The notes below the pieces were generated by a model. The model did no database searches, was not told the DNA's origin, and saw only the letters and a program-made list of their open reading frames with translations. The position numbers and the translations under genes are program-made. A stretch of 64,000 nucleotides of DNA from an uncultured Verrucomicrobiae bacterium (lineage in GTDB: Bacteria > Verrucomicrobiota > Verrucomicrobiia > Chthoniobacterales > Chthoniobacteraceae): NCBI GenBank assembly GCA_963836755.1, contig CAWIKF010000002.1, positions 1,664,001 through 1,728,000 on the forward strand, written 5' to 3'. Of the stretch, positions 41,967 to 51,635 are shown piece after piece (the first letter of the stretch is position 1; the number at the start of each line of letters is the position of its first letter).

Positions 41967-43559
41967 CTAATGCCGCTGATCGACCTTCGCCGGCGGCGGC
42001 TGTTCCGGCGGCAGCGATGCCGCAAAAGTCTTCCAAGGCTGCGACTCGACTTTGAAAGCGTAGGCCATTTTGCACGGGCGCTTGCTTTCGTCCTGCAACT
42101 CCGCGGGCATCTCGATCGAAACTTTGTCGCCATCCTGATGCCATTGCAGATCGTGGTCGTAGCCGAGCATGCGGATCGCCGAGCCGGGCGCGGGCCGCAC
42201 CAGCGCGGTCTCCAATTTCTCCCCCGGCCATTTCATGCTGAGGATGTAGACAAACTTCTTGTCCTTCGAGCGGGTGAAGCGGAGATCGTCGCCGTCGTGA
42301 TACCGCAGATAAGCGCGCGTCGCGTAGATGCTTTCGCCGTTGACCTTCAGCCAATCGCCCGCGGTCTTGAGTTGCTCGACCGCCGTCGGCGAAAACTTCC
42401 CGTTGCCGTCGGGCCCGACCGCGACCATGAACGCGCCACCCTTCGCGACTGAATCGATGAGATTGCGCACGATCCATTCGCCGCCTTTGTAGTCCTTTGG
42501 ATCCGGATCAAAAGCGAACGACGTCGCCAGCGGATAGATCACGAACCACGGCATGTCCGTATTCTGCGTATCGCCGGGAACGAAACGCTCGGGAGTAAAG
42601 TAGTCGCCATAGTTCCCGATGCCGCGCGCGCGCAGCATCACATCCGGCTGAAGCTTCCGCAGCGCGAACAGCGTCGAGCGCAGCTCCGGCCAGACCTCTT
42701 TGCCCAGCCACATATCGAGGCAGAGCATGTCGATCTTCCCATACTTCGTCAGCAGCTCGGTCAATTGCGCCCGATGCCGCGCCATCATCCGCGCCCGCTC
42801 CTCCGCGGTGGGCGCGGGGGCATTCTCCATGATGAGACCTTTCGGATCGATGGTGCTCGCGCCCTCGACCGGACTTTTCGCCACATGCGCCGGATGATCC
42901 ACATAAGGGCGGAAGTCGGCGTCATACCAATCGGGATGGGAAAAGTAGAGATCAATGGCCAGCCCATACTTGCGGCCCGCGTCGCAGAGCTCCTTCACGA
43001 TATCGCGGTGAAACGGCGTCTCCATGATGCTGTAGGCCAGGTCGCAATCCTCCAGTTGCGGCCCGCCCGGCGCCGCCCAGTTCACCCGCTTCTTCACCCG
43101 CGTCGCAGTGTCAAACATCGAGAAACCCTCATGATGCTTCGCCGTGAATGCGAACATCTTCATCCCATCCTCGCGGAACATCTTCATCCAGTCATCCGCG
43201 TTGAAGCCGACCGGATTCCACGTTTTATACAGCTCATTATAAGCCGCCTTCTTCGCATACGGCATCTTCAGGAAAGGCCACGACGTATCCGTGATCTCCC
43301 AGATCGAATAAATCCCCCAGTGAATCCGCACCCCATACTTGAGGTCGCGGAACGCCTCGTAAGCCGCCGGCGACGCGTGGTGATAACCGCCGATCGGCAC
43401 CTCCTCCACATAACTCTTTGTCGACTTATACTGCGAATCGTCCTTTGGCAGCGTGATGTTCGGCGTCGGCAGCCCCGGCTCATGCCGCGCAGGCCCGGGT
43501 GAAGTCGCGACGAGAGAGAGCGACAGAGCCACCAGGAAAAACAGGGGTATATGCTTCAT
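41967..43559 (-). CDS. Alpha-L-fucosidase (GH29), secreted
   Basis: K.G..IHWG.YS, F.AD.W, T.KHHEGF.MF, DIV.EL..A, YFS..DW, WL..NGE.IY.T; signal peptide. Confidence 0.9.
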   Translation of the reverse strand: MKHIPLFFLVALSLSLVATSPGPARHEPGLPTPNITLPKDDSQYKSTKSYVEEVPIGGYHHASPAAYEAFRDLKYGVRIHWGIYSIWEITDTSWPFLKMPYAKKAAYNELYKTWNPVGFNADDWMKMFREDGMKMFAFTAKHHEGFSMFDTATRVKKRVNWAAPGGPQLEDCDLAYSIMETPFHRDIVKELCDAGRKYGLAIDLYFSHPDWYDADFRPYVDHPAHVAKSPVEGASTIDPKGLIMENAPAPTAEERARMMARHRAQLTELLTKYGKIDMLCLDMWLGKEVWPELRSTLFALRKLQPDVMLRARGIGNYGDYFTPERFVPGDTQNTDMPWFVIYPLATSFAFDPDPKDYKGGEWIVRNLIDSVAKGGAFMVAVGPDGNGKFSPTAVEQLKTAGDWLKVNGESIYATRAYLRYHDGDDLRFTRSKDKKFVYILSMKWPGEKLETALVRPAPGSAIRMLGYDHDLQWHQDGDKVSIEMPAELQDESKRPCKMAYAFKVESQPWKTFAASLPPEQPPPAKVDQRH

Positions 43560-43722
43560 GGGGAGAGCAGGGAAACGAGCGGCGGGCATCCAAAACCATT
43601 CCGCATCCGCGCATCAAGAATTTTTTTTAACACAGCCAATCGGACCCAAGCTCGCGGATCAAAGTCCGGCCCCCACGCGCCGGCCTCCCGCGCACATGCC
43701 CGGCGAGCGCGAAAAGCCGCGC

Positions 43723-43932
43723 CGCCGCGAGATGCGTTGCGCGTCAAAGTTGAGCCGGTCTTGCCGCCGCCAGATCGCCTCCGCGCCAAATCTGAGCCGA
43801 TCTCACCGCCGCGAGATGCACTCCGCGTCAAAACTGAGCCGATCTCGCCGCCGCAAGATGCACTCCGCGCCAAAAATTAGCCGATCTCGCCGCCGCGAGA
43901 TGCATTCAACTGGCAGATTGAGCCGATTCCTC
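43723..43932. repeat. 42-bp tandem array, 5 units, consensus CGCCGCGAGATGCACTCCGCGTCAAAACTGAGCCGATCTCGC, with internal inverted arms GCGAGAT/ATCTCGC
   Basis: Units start at 43723, 43765, 43807, 43849 and 43891, with high similarity and no indels. Confidence 0.95.
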
Positions 43933-44064
43933 CCCGGTTTTTGGACATTCCGCCGGGCGCGGAGACCATAAAATGTCGCATTTTGGACAAAAGCCCGGTT
44001 TGCGCTTGTCATCGACCCGCGCTGCCCCTAGCATCGCGGCTCAATTCCAAACCCATCTAATAAC

Positions 44065-44790
44065 ATGCCCAAATACCAAGCACCCACCTCAGACGCCAGC
44101 CGCCTGAGCTTCCTCCAAACCGCCGTCAAAACCGCCACCGGCGCGGACGCGGGTAAAAATTACGTCACGGCCGCCACCATCACGGCGGTGCAGGCGTTCG
44201 TGCCGCAGTTCGCGCCCGCCGCGACGGGCATCGCGGGCCTGCTCGCCCACCGCGTGCAGGATGTGGCCCAGCGGGAAGCGGCGCGCGCAACGCTCGACAC
44301 CTGCCTCTCGGATTTCTGGGAAGTGCTCAAGCGCCGCGTCCATCGCAAGGGCGAACCCGCCGCCGTGCTCGCCTTTTATAAGCTGCCGGCCGATGGCTCG
44401 GTGCCCGCTGTGAACACCTTTGCCGACCTGACCACCATGGCCGCCGAAGTGATCGCCGGCGATGCGCAAGCCGTTGCCGCCGGTCATCCCGCGATGGCCA
44501 ATCCCGACGCCGCCGAGCTGCAAGCCGCGCTCACCGCCGCGAATGCCGTGGCCGGCAACGTGCCGACGAGCGACCGCGCCTATGACGACGCGCAAAAGGC
44601 GATCGCCGCGTTGCGCCCGCGCGCGGATGAATTGATCGGCGACGTGATGGACGATCTGCGCAATTCGCTGCGCAAGACCGATTACCCGAGCCAGCGCCGC
44701 GTGATGCGCACCTACGGCGCAACCTTTACTCCACTCCCCGGCGAACCCGCCGACCCGACGCCCGCGCCGGTGACACCGCCGTCGCCTTAA
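44065..44790 (+). CDS. Orphan Ala-rich helical protein B (241 aa), downstream of the 42-bp array
   Basis: ATG after an AT-rich leader, gene-like codon bias, Pro-rich C-terminus (PADPTPAPVTPPSP). Confidence 0.85.
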   Translation: MPKYQAPTSDASRLSFLQTAVKTATGADAGKNYVTAATITAVQAFVPQFAPAATGIAGLLAHRVQDVAQREAARATLDTCLSDFWEVLKRRVHRKGEPAAVLAFYKLPADGSVPAVNTFADLTTMAAEVIAGDAQAVAAGHPAMANPDAAELQAALTAANAVAGNVPTSDRAYDDAQKAIAALRPRADELIGDVMDDLRNSLRKTDYPSQRRVMRTYGATFTPLPGEPADPTPAPVTPPSP

Positions 44791-44822
44791 AGCCACGACG
44801 CAAGCTGTTCCCCGCTTTTTCC

Positions 44823-46610
44823 ATGCGATGTTTTCCCGGCGTGATGGTGGCGGTTCTGCTCGTGGGGTGGCGTGCGACGGTGTCTTGGGGGCAGGTGGCT
44901 GCGGAGCGGCCGGCTTTGCTGGTGTCGCCTGTCGCGCCGGTGCGTTTTGAAACGCGCGGGGGCGTTTATTTTGCGGACTTCGGCTCGGATGCTTTCGGGA
45001 ATTTGCAGGTGACTTTTCCAGGCGATGTCCGCGCGGCGAAGGTGACGATCCGGCTGGGGGAAAAGTTGGGCGCGGATGGGCGGATCGACCGGAAGCCGCC
45101 GGGGAGCGTGAATTACTGCGAGGTGGTTTTGATGGCGCAGCCGGGGCTCTGTCGGACGCGCATCCCGCTGAAGAAGGGGGCGCAGAGCGGGCCGAACGCG
45201 GTGAAGGAGGCGGCGGGGATCGGGAATGTGACGCCGTTTCGCTACGCGGAGATCGAGGGGAGTCCGGTGGCGCTGGATGCGGGCGTGGTCCGGCAGTTGT
45301 GCGTGCATACGGCGTTCGATGACGGCGCGAGTGCGTTTACCAGCTCGGATCCGACGCTGAATGCGGTGTGGCTTTTGTGCAAGCATACGATGAAGGCGAC
45401 GACGGCATTCGGTGTGTATATCGACGGGGAGCGGGAGCGGCGTCCCTACGAGGCGGATGCTTATATCAATTTCCTCTCGCACATGGCGTGCGATTTTAAT
45501 CCCGAGGTGGGGCGTTACACGATCGAGTATTTGCTGGCGCACCCGACGTGGCCGACGGAGTGGAGTTTGCACATGCCGATGCTGGTGGCGGCGGAGTATG
45601 AGGCGACGGGGGACGCGGCGCTGGCGTCGCGCAATTATGATGCGCTGAAGGGAAAGCTGATGATGGAAAAAGCGCGGGAGGATGGGCTGCTGCGGGCATC
45701 GGCGATCGTGGATTGGCCGGCTGGCGAGCGGGATGGATACAATGGCGGGGTGGCCGATCCGGAGCAGAAGCAGGAAGTCGGGCCGATGATCAACACGGTG
45801 GCGAATGCGTTTTATTTCCGTGCCTTGAAGGAGATGGCGGTGCTCGCGCGCGCTTTGCGCAAGGAGGAGGATGCGCGGACTTTTGACGCGAAGGCGGCGC
45901 AGGTTTGCGAGCGGGTCAATGCGATCCTTTTCGACACGAAGCGCGGGCTTTACATCGATGGCGAAGGCTCGGGGCACTCATCGCTGCACGCGAATATGTT
46001 TCCGCTCGCGTTCGGCATGGTGCCGGCGGCGCGGGAAAAGCGAGTCACGGATTTCGTGCAATCGCGCGGGATGGCGTGTAGCGTCTATGGCGCGCAATAT
46101 CTGCTGGAAGCTCTCTACAAGGCGGGACGGGATGATGCCGCGCTGCAGTTGCTCACGTCGCGCGGGGAGCGGAGCTGGTGGAACATGATCGCGGCCGGCT
46201 CGACGATGACGATGGAGGCGTGGGACATGAAGTTGAAGCCGAACGCGACGTGGAACCACTCGTGGGGGGCGGCACCGGCGAATATCATCGCGCGCTATCT
46301 GGTGGGCGTGCGGCCATTGACGCCGGGCTACGGGAAAATCCTCATTGCGCCGCGGCCGGGGACATTGGAGTCATTCGAGGGGAAAGTGCCGACAGCGCGC
46401 GGGCCGGTGAACGTGGATTTCCAGAAGGCGAGGGGCCGTTATGAGATCGGGGTGCCGGAGGCAATTGCGGCGCGTGTGTCACTGCCGCGGGCAACTTTCA
46501 CCGGCAGGCAGGTTTTGATGGACAAGAAGATGGCAGCGTCCAGTGAGGATGGCGATGAATTGACCTTCGAGGACGTTGGGCCGGGGCGGCACGTGTTTAG
46601 GCAGGAGTAG
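44823..46610 (+). CDS. Alpha-L-rhamnosidase (GH78-like)
   Basis: DFG, FRY.E, F.SSD..LN..W, D..RER..Y..D, DW, T..EAW, NHSW, P..PGY..I.I.P. Confidence 0.88.
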   Translation: MRCFPGVMVAVLLVGWRATVSWGQVAAERPALLVSPVAPVRFETRGGVYFADFGSDAFGNLQVTFPGDVRAAKVTIRLGEKLGADGRIDRKPPGSVNYCEVVLMAQPGLCRTRIPLKKGAQSGPNAVKEAAGIGNVTPFRYAEIEGSPVALDAGVVRQLCVHTAFDDGASAFTSSDPTLNAVWLLCKHTMKATTAFGVYIDGERERRPYEADAYINFLSHMACDFNPEVGRYTIEYLLAHPTWPTEWSLHMPMLVAAEYEATGDAALASRNYDALKGKLMMEKAREDGLLRASAIVDWPAGERDGYNGGVADPEQKQEVGPMINTVANAFYFRALKEMAVLARALRKEEDARTFDAKAAQVCERVNAILFDTKRGLYIDGEGSGHSSLHANMFPLAFGMVPAAREKRVTDFVQSRGMACSVYGAQYLLEALYKAGRDDAALQLLTSRGERSWWNMIAAGSTMTMEAWDMKLKPNATWNHSWGAAPANIIARYLVGVRPLTPGYGKILIAPRPGTLESFEGKVPTARGPVNVDFQKARGRYEIGVPEAIAARVSLPRATFTGRQVLMDKKMAASSEDGDELTFEDVGPGRHVFRQE

Positions 46611-46625
46611 CTGGCGTGTTTGCGG

Positions 46626-49271
46626 CTAAGCCGAGGGCGAGGGTTTGGGCGTTGGTATTTGCGTTGGTAGAATCGTTGGCAGCTCAATGCCGGGCGTGAT
46701 GAACTCTCTCACGCTTCTGACCGTCAACTGGCCATGGAGATCGTCGATGGAACGGTCGCGGCTGCATTCGATGTCGATCGTCACCGGCACGCCGGGCTCG
46801 AGATGCACGAAGTTGTCCGAGTAGCGCGCGTCCGGTTCTTTCGGGAGGTTGATCCAGGTCCAGAGCGCGGGCTTGGCGCTCGTTAGCGTGACGCTGAAGT
46901 TTTTTCCCTTGCCCGACGTTTTCGCCTCAATCGTCGGCTCCGGCAGCGTGAGCTGCCCGGGCAGTGCGAAGAGCGAGAGATTGGTCTCCGCCGGGCCGCC
47001 TTCGGGAGTCACCGTCATCCACAGCAGCAGGTTCGCGAGGCCCGCTGCCTTTTCCGTGTCACTCAGAACGACCGATTCCGCGAGCATCGTGCCGTTGGCG
47101 GGGAGTTGGATGGCCGTTTCCTTGTGCCGCAATACTTTCCCGCCCGTTGTGGCCAGTCGCCAGGACAGCGATGCCTTCCCACCCGTGAGCCGATCATTGA
47201 TGACGTGAATGTCGACCTTTCCCAACTCGGAGTCCACGTCACCCGAGACCAGCACCGGCGCAAACATGTGCCTCGCGTGATATTGCGACGCCTTCCACCG
47301 GTGATAGTAGTCGATCATCGACCAGGATTGCCCCGGCCAGGAATCGTTGTATTGCCAGACCAGCGCTGCGGTGGAATGCGGCCGGTCCCGCCGCCAATGC
47401 TCGACGGCGAAGCGCAGTCCGAAGGCTTGAACGATCTGGCTCAGCCAGAAAACGTCGTCGATCTTTTCCGGAACTTTGCCGAAGTAACGGAACACCTGCT
47501 TCAGGATCTCGTCTTGAGCAGAAAGTTCGTGGTGTTGGAGGATCGGCGAGCCAACCCCGGCGGCCAGGTCGGCATCGGTGGCGAACCTCCGCGTCGAGGC
47601 CGGCTCGAGATAGGATTGGACTCCGAACTCCGCGATGAAGCCATGATTTTGGGCGTAACGGGAGAAGGGATTGCTCCCGTGCCCGAGTCCCCAATCGTGG
47701 TAGTCCGGGGCGCCGCCGCCGCCGCTGGATTCCTGGTATGGCTGCCCCGGCGCCAGCTTGCGCACAGCTCCGCCGATCACCTGGTCGAAAAGCTCCGCGT
47801 AGCCCACATAACCCCTGATCTCGTTGTTGCCGCTATAAATGGCGATCGAGGGATGATGCCGGACCCGCAGGATCTGGTCCTCGAGTTCCGCCTTCACGTT
47901 GGCGATAAACTTCTCGTCGAAACTGGGGTAGGACGTGTTGGCAAACTTGAACTCGAACATCAGCGCGATGCCCAGCTCATCGCAGGCATCGAAGAGCGCG
48001 TCATCCTCGTAAAAACCGCCGCCCCAGAGCCGGATGAAGTTGAAGTTGCACGCCGCCGCGTCCTGCATATACGAGCGCAGCACCTCGGGCGTGATCCGCG
48101 CCAGCAGATTGTCGGGGGGGATCATATCCGCTCCCTTGGCGAAAAACGGCTGCCCGTTGACCTTCAGCGTATAAGCCGCCTCCCGCGTCTTCGGGACCGT
48201 CTCGAATTGCCGCAGCCCGATCCGTTTTCGCATCGTATCGAGCACCGTCCCGCCGGCGTCCAGCAACTGCACCTCCACGGTGTAGAGGTTCTGCTCGCCC
48301 AGCCCGTTTGGCCACCAGAGCTTCGGCTGCGGGACGGTCAGCGTGAGCGCCGCCGCCAGATTCGCGACCGATTGCTTAACCGGTCCGCCTTCTTCCAGCA
48401 GGCGCGCGCTCACCGCACAGCCCGCGGGAGGCAGGCCAGCCAGGTCCGCCGCCACATCGAGCCGCACGGAACCATCGGAAGCGTGGTGCTGGATGATGGC
48501 CAGCTTCGCCAGCCGAGAATCATAGGCGCGCAGTTCGATGCCCTTCCAGATGCCCATCGTCATGATCGGACGGCACCAGTCCCAACCCCATTGATACGGC
48601 GCTTTGCGGATCCAGCCCCAGCTCCGGTTGTGCATGGAAGCGCGCACGCTTGATTGTTGTTTGACGTCGTCAGGCAGAACGTTCGGGTGCTCTTTGAGGT
48701 AAGCCTCCGTCAAGGCGTTCGTTTCCGCGTGATCGGGGACCGGTTGAAATTGGATTTCGAGCTCGTTCGAGCCCGGCTTGAGGGCTTGCTTCACGTCGAA
48801 GATCCAAGTCCGAAACATGTTATTGGTGGAGCCAAGAACCACGCCATTCAGCGTCACCGTGGCCAACGTATCCAGTCCATGACAGACCAATTCCACCGTT
48901 TTCGCCGCGAATTGCTTCGTCGTGGCCTCGAACGTCCTCCGATAAATCCACCCGGTTAGCGCGGCCTCGTCCTTGATGTCGTTCCCCATCCTGTCCTTGT
49001 TATTATCCCGGTAATAGGGATCGGGTATTTTCCCAGCGCGCAGCAAGTCGCTGTAATTGTCGCCCGGCACCTGCGCAGGCAGCTTCGCGCTCTTCCCAAC
49101 CTGCTGAAGCGTCCACGCCATTCCGCCAAGATCCATCGTCAGCACCTGGGTCGGGAGAGGTATTGCGGCCGATGCTGTTGTGACTTGCGCGGCTCGCGCG
49201 AATCTCCAAGGGCTAAGAGCCAATCCAGTCACTCCCATTCCGCAGACTTTGCTAAACGTGCGTCGATTCAT
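46626..49271 (-). CDS. GH2 beta-mannosidase with Tat signal
   Basis: MNRRTF twin-arginine signal, VPG, GLDT, RK.PY..GWDW, LWWPNG.G.Q.LY, RLWGGG.YE, HPSI..Y.GNNE, EFG.Q, WQ.ND.WP..SWS.IDY. Confidence 0.93.
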   Translation of the reverse strand: MNRRTFSKVCGMGVTGLALSPWRFARAAQVTTASAAIPLPTQVLTMDLGGMAWTLQQVGKSAKLPAQVPGDNYSDLLRAGKIPDPYYRDNNKDRMGNDIKDEAALTGWIYRRTFEATTKQFAAKTVELVCHGLDTLATVTLNGVVLGSTNNMFRTWIFDVKQALKPGSNELEIQFQPVPDHAETNALTEAYLKEHPNVLPDDVKQQSSVRASMHNRSWGWIRKAPYQWGWDWCRPIMTMGIWKGIELRAYDSRLAKLAIIQHHASDGSVRLDVAADLAGLPPAGCAVSARLLEEGGPVKQSVANLAAALTLTVPQPKLWWPNGLGEQNLYTVEVQLLDAGGTVLDTMRKRIGLRQFETVPKTREAAYTLKVNGQPFFAKGADMIPPDNLLARITPEVLRSYMQDAAACNFNFIRLWGGGFYEDDALFDACDELGIALMFEFKFANTSYPSFDEKFIANVKAELEDQILRVRHHPSIAIYSGNNEIRGYVGYAELFDQVIGGAVRKLAPGQPYQESSGGGGAPDYHDWGLGHGSNPFSRYAQNHGFIAEFGVQSYLEPASTRRFATDADLAAGVGSPILQHHELSAQDEILKQVFRYFGKVPEKIDDVFWLSQIVQAFGLRFAVEHWRRDRPHSTAALVWQYNDSWPGQSWSMIDYYHRWKASQYHARHMFAPVLVSGDVDSELGKVDIHVINDRLTGGKASLSWRLATTGGKVLRHKETAIQLPANGTMLAESVVLSDTEKAAGLANLLLWMTVTPEGGPAETNLSLFALPGQLTLPEPTIEAKTSGKGKNFSVTLTSAKPALWTWINLPKEPDARYSDNFVHLEPGVPVTIDIECSRDRSIDDLHGQLTVRSVREFITPGIELPTILPTQIPTPKPSPSA

Positions 49272-49387
49272 TTTCCAATGGTGTGTCGGCGTGGCTGGAA
49301 ATGCAAAGGCGTTCTGCAATTTCGATGTCCTATTAACTCATCAAAATTCACCCGCACATCTGATCGTGTGATACATGTTCAACACCA

Positions 49388-51592
49388 ATGAAAACACTCC
49401 CCAAGTGGTTGTCAGTGCTGGTCAGCCTTTGCGCGCATTCTGTTTATGCTCAGGTTTCCCCGCCGTCCCCAAACGTAACCCAATACGTGAACCCGATGAT
49501 CGGGGTTTCGAACGGGCCCGGCGAATACCCCGGCGCTCAGGTTCCCTTCGGTTTGCTTGCATGGAATCCCGTAAACACGGTGAAGGCCTGGAGTGTTTAC
49601 ACCGGCGGCAGTATTAATTGGTTTGCACTTTCCACGGTGCAAGGAATCGGCGCCGGCGCGATGGCGGATGTTCCCCACATGGTCACCGTCAATGCTTGCA
49701 CCAGCGCGCCCGGTCGCTCGAATGTTTATGGAACGACCATTAGCGACGAGGTTACTTCCCCCGGTTACTACAAAGTTCATTTGGTAAAGCCGAACGTCGA
49801 TGTGGAAATGGCCGCTGCCGTTCATTCTGGCATCGCGAAATACACGTTCCCGGCTTCGACGGATTCATGCGTGATTTTTGATCCGCTCGCGCTCACCGGC
49901 CCATCGGGCGCCATCACGATCGATCGCGACAAACACATCGTCACGGGCAGTGCCGTGGCCACCGACTTTGGTAGAAACATCCATACGACCTACTACGCGG
50001 CGGTTTTTGATCGACCCTTTTCCGCAGTGGGAACGTGGGAAAACGGACAAGGCTTCGTGAAGTTCGACACCAGGTCTGATCCAACCGTCCGGATGAAAAT
50101 TTCCCTCTCTTACGTCAGCGCCGCGAATGCGCTGAATAATCTGAACACGGAAATTCCCGACTGGGATCTGGAGAAGGTAAAATCGGACGCGAATAACGCC
50201 TGGAATACCTTGCTGAGTTCGATCGAATACAAGTCGGGCGCGACGACCGACCGGTTGCAGATGTTTTACACCGCCGTTTATCGCGCCTGTCAGGATCCCA
50301 AAGTCTTTAGCGATACCGATGGGAGATACATTGGCTTTGATGACCAAGTCCACACCATCGTTCCGGGACATCCGTTTTACGCCGGCTTCTCGGGGTGGGA
50401 TGTCTATCGGACCCAGGCCCAACTCCTGGCGATCATTGCTCCAAAAGTCGCCTCCGACTACGTCCGCTCGCTCGTGATCTCCGGGCAGCAAAATAAAGGA
50501 AAGATGCCAAAATGGACGTGGGGAAACAAAGAAACCAACTGCATGTCGGGAGGTCCTGCGTGCGCTTACATCGGTAGCGCCTACGCCTTTGGGGCCACAG
50601 ATATCGATCTCGCCGCAACGAAGGATGCGTTGATCAAATACGGCACGACCCCGTCGCTAGGATGGAGTTCATTGGCAGACCATATGGCAGGCGGAAATAA
50701 CAAGAGCCAAGCCGAAGAGATGGAATCAGCGGCTGCGGATATGGGCGTCGCGACGATTTGCAAGGCCGCCGGCGATCAAGCCAACACCATCTATTTCAGA
50801 AACCGGGCGCAGACGATTTTCAATCTTTGGGACCCGGCGAGGGTAGATAGCGTGGGGGAAACGGGGAACTTCAAAGGCGCCGGGCGCGAAACCTTCATCG
50901 AGGAGCAAATCTGGTGCGCCCCTTTCAACTACGGAAAGCTGATCTCGCTGATGGGCGGAGCTTCCAAAGCCATTGCCCGACTGGATAAACACACTTCTCA
51001 AATGGTTCCTTACAACGACCAGCCTTACTACAATCCCGCCAACGAACCAGGAATCGCGATTCCCTATGTTTACAACTGGTTGCAGGTGCCTTGGAAAGCG
51101 CAGCACTTGATTCGCCGGATCATGACCGAATCGTTCGTCAATAGCCGCTTATGGATTGGCGGTCTCCCCAAGTTGCCGAAGCCGCCTTGCGTTTGGTGCC
51201 CGAACGATGACACGGGCACGATGTCTTCCTGGTATGCGTATATGACGCTGGGACTTTATCCCGCCATCCCCGGCATTGGCGGATTCACGATTACGTCGCC
51301 GCTTTTTTCATACACGATTCACCTCAAAAACGGGAAAGACATCAGCGTCACCGCCAAGAACGCCTCCATCACTAATGAATACATCCAAAGCATGACGATC
51401 GACGGAGTTCCCAACCAGAAGCTCTGGATTTCATGGGATCGATTGAAAAACGGCGCCAGCTTGGTCTTCGTCTTGGGCGACAAACCTAACCCCAGCTGGG
51501 GAGCAGCTCCGGACGATGCCCCGCCATCTTTCGGGCCCGTGGATGAAGACAAGAAATCGAAGACGCCGGTGCAGGCGATGCTCCATCGGTAG
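49388..51592 (+). CDS. GH92 alpha-mannosidase family protein
   Basis: VNP.IG, PGA..PFG, PGYY, FYTA.YR, FSGWD.YR, NEP, NDD.GTMSSW, GLYP..PG. Confidence 0.9.
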   Translation: MKTLPKWLSVLVSLCAHSVYAQVSPPSPNVTQYVNPMIGVSNGPGEYPGAQVPFGLLAWNPVNTVKAWSVYTGGSINWFALSTVQGIGAGAMADVPHMVTVNACTSAPGRSNVYGTTISDEVTSPGYYKVHLVKPNVDVEMAAAVHSGIAKYTFPASTDSCVIFDPLALTGPSGAITIDRDKHIVTGSAVATDFGRNIHTTYYAAVFDRPFSAVGTWENGQGFVKFDTRSDPTVRMKISLSYVSAANALNNLNTEIPDWDLEKVKSDANNAWNTLLSSIEYKSGATTDRLQMFYTAVYRACQDPKVFSDTDGRYIGFDDQVHTIVPGHPFYAGFSGWDVYRTQAQLLAIIAPKVASDYVRSLVISGQQNKGKMPKWTWGNKETNCMSGGPACAYIGSAYAFGATDIDLAATKDALIKYGTTPSLGWSSLADHMAGGNNKSQAEEMESAAADMGVATICKAAGDQANTIYFRNRAQTIFNLWDPARVDSVGETGNFKGAGRETFIEEQIWCAPFNYGKLISLMGGASKAIARLDKHTSQMVPYNDQPYYNPANEPGIAIPYVYNWLQVPWKAQHLIRRIMTESFVNSRLWIGGLPKLPKPPCVWCPNDDTGTMSSWYAYMTLGLYPAIPGIGGFTITSPLFSYTIHLKNGKDISVTAKNASITNEYIQSMTIDGVPNQKLWISWDRLKNGASLVFVLGDKPNPSWGAAPDDAPPSFGPVDEDKKSKTPVQAMLHR

Positions 51593-51635
51593 CTGACTTG
51601 CCCGCGGCTGAAAAGCGTCGCTCCGAGGAGAGACG

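Noticed and set aside
43723..43932. CRISPR array interpretation of the 42-bp (and 21-bp) repeats
   Set aside because: Units are contiguous and similar along their whole length, with no unique spacers. No cas genes are in the window.
43453..44012. ORFs crossing the arrays (43453-43971, 43551-43880, 43803-44012; also 2128-2430, 2196-2378, 54280-54564, 54416-54961)
   Set aside because: Open frames are expected when the period is a multiple of 3. Several frames are open at once and starts are weak. They are not called as genes and are kept only as a hypothesis.
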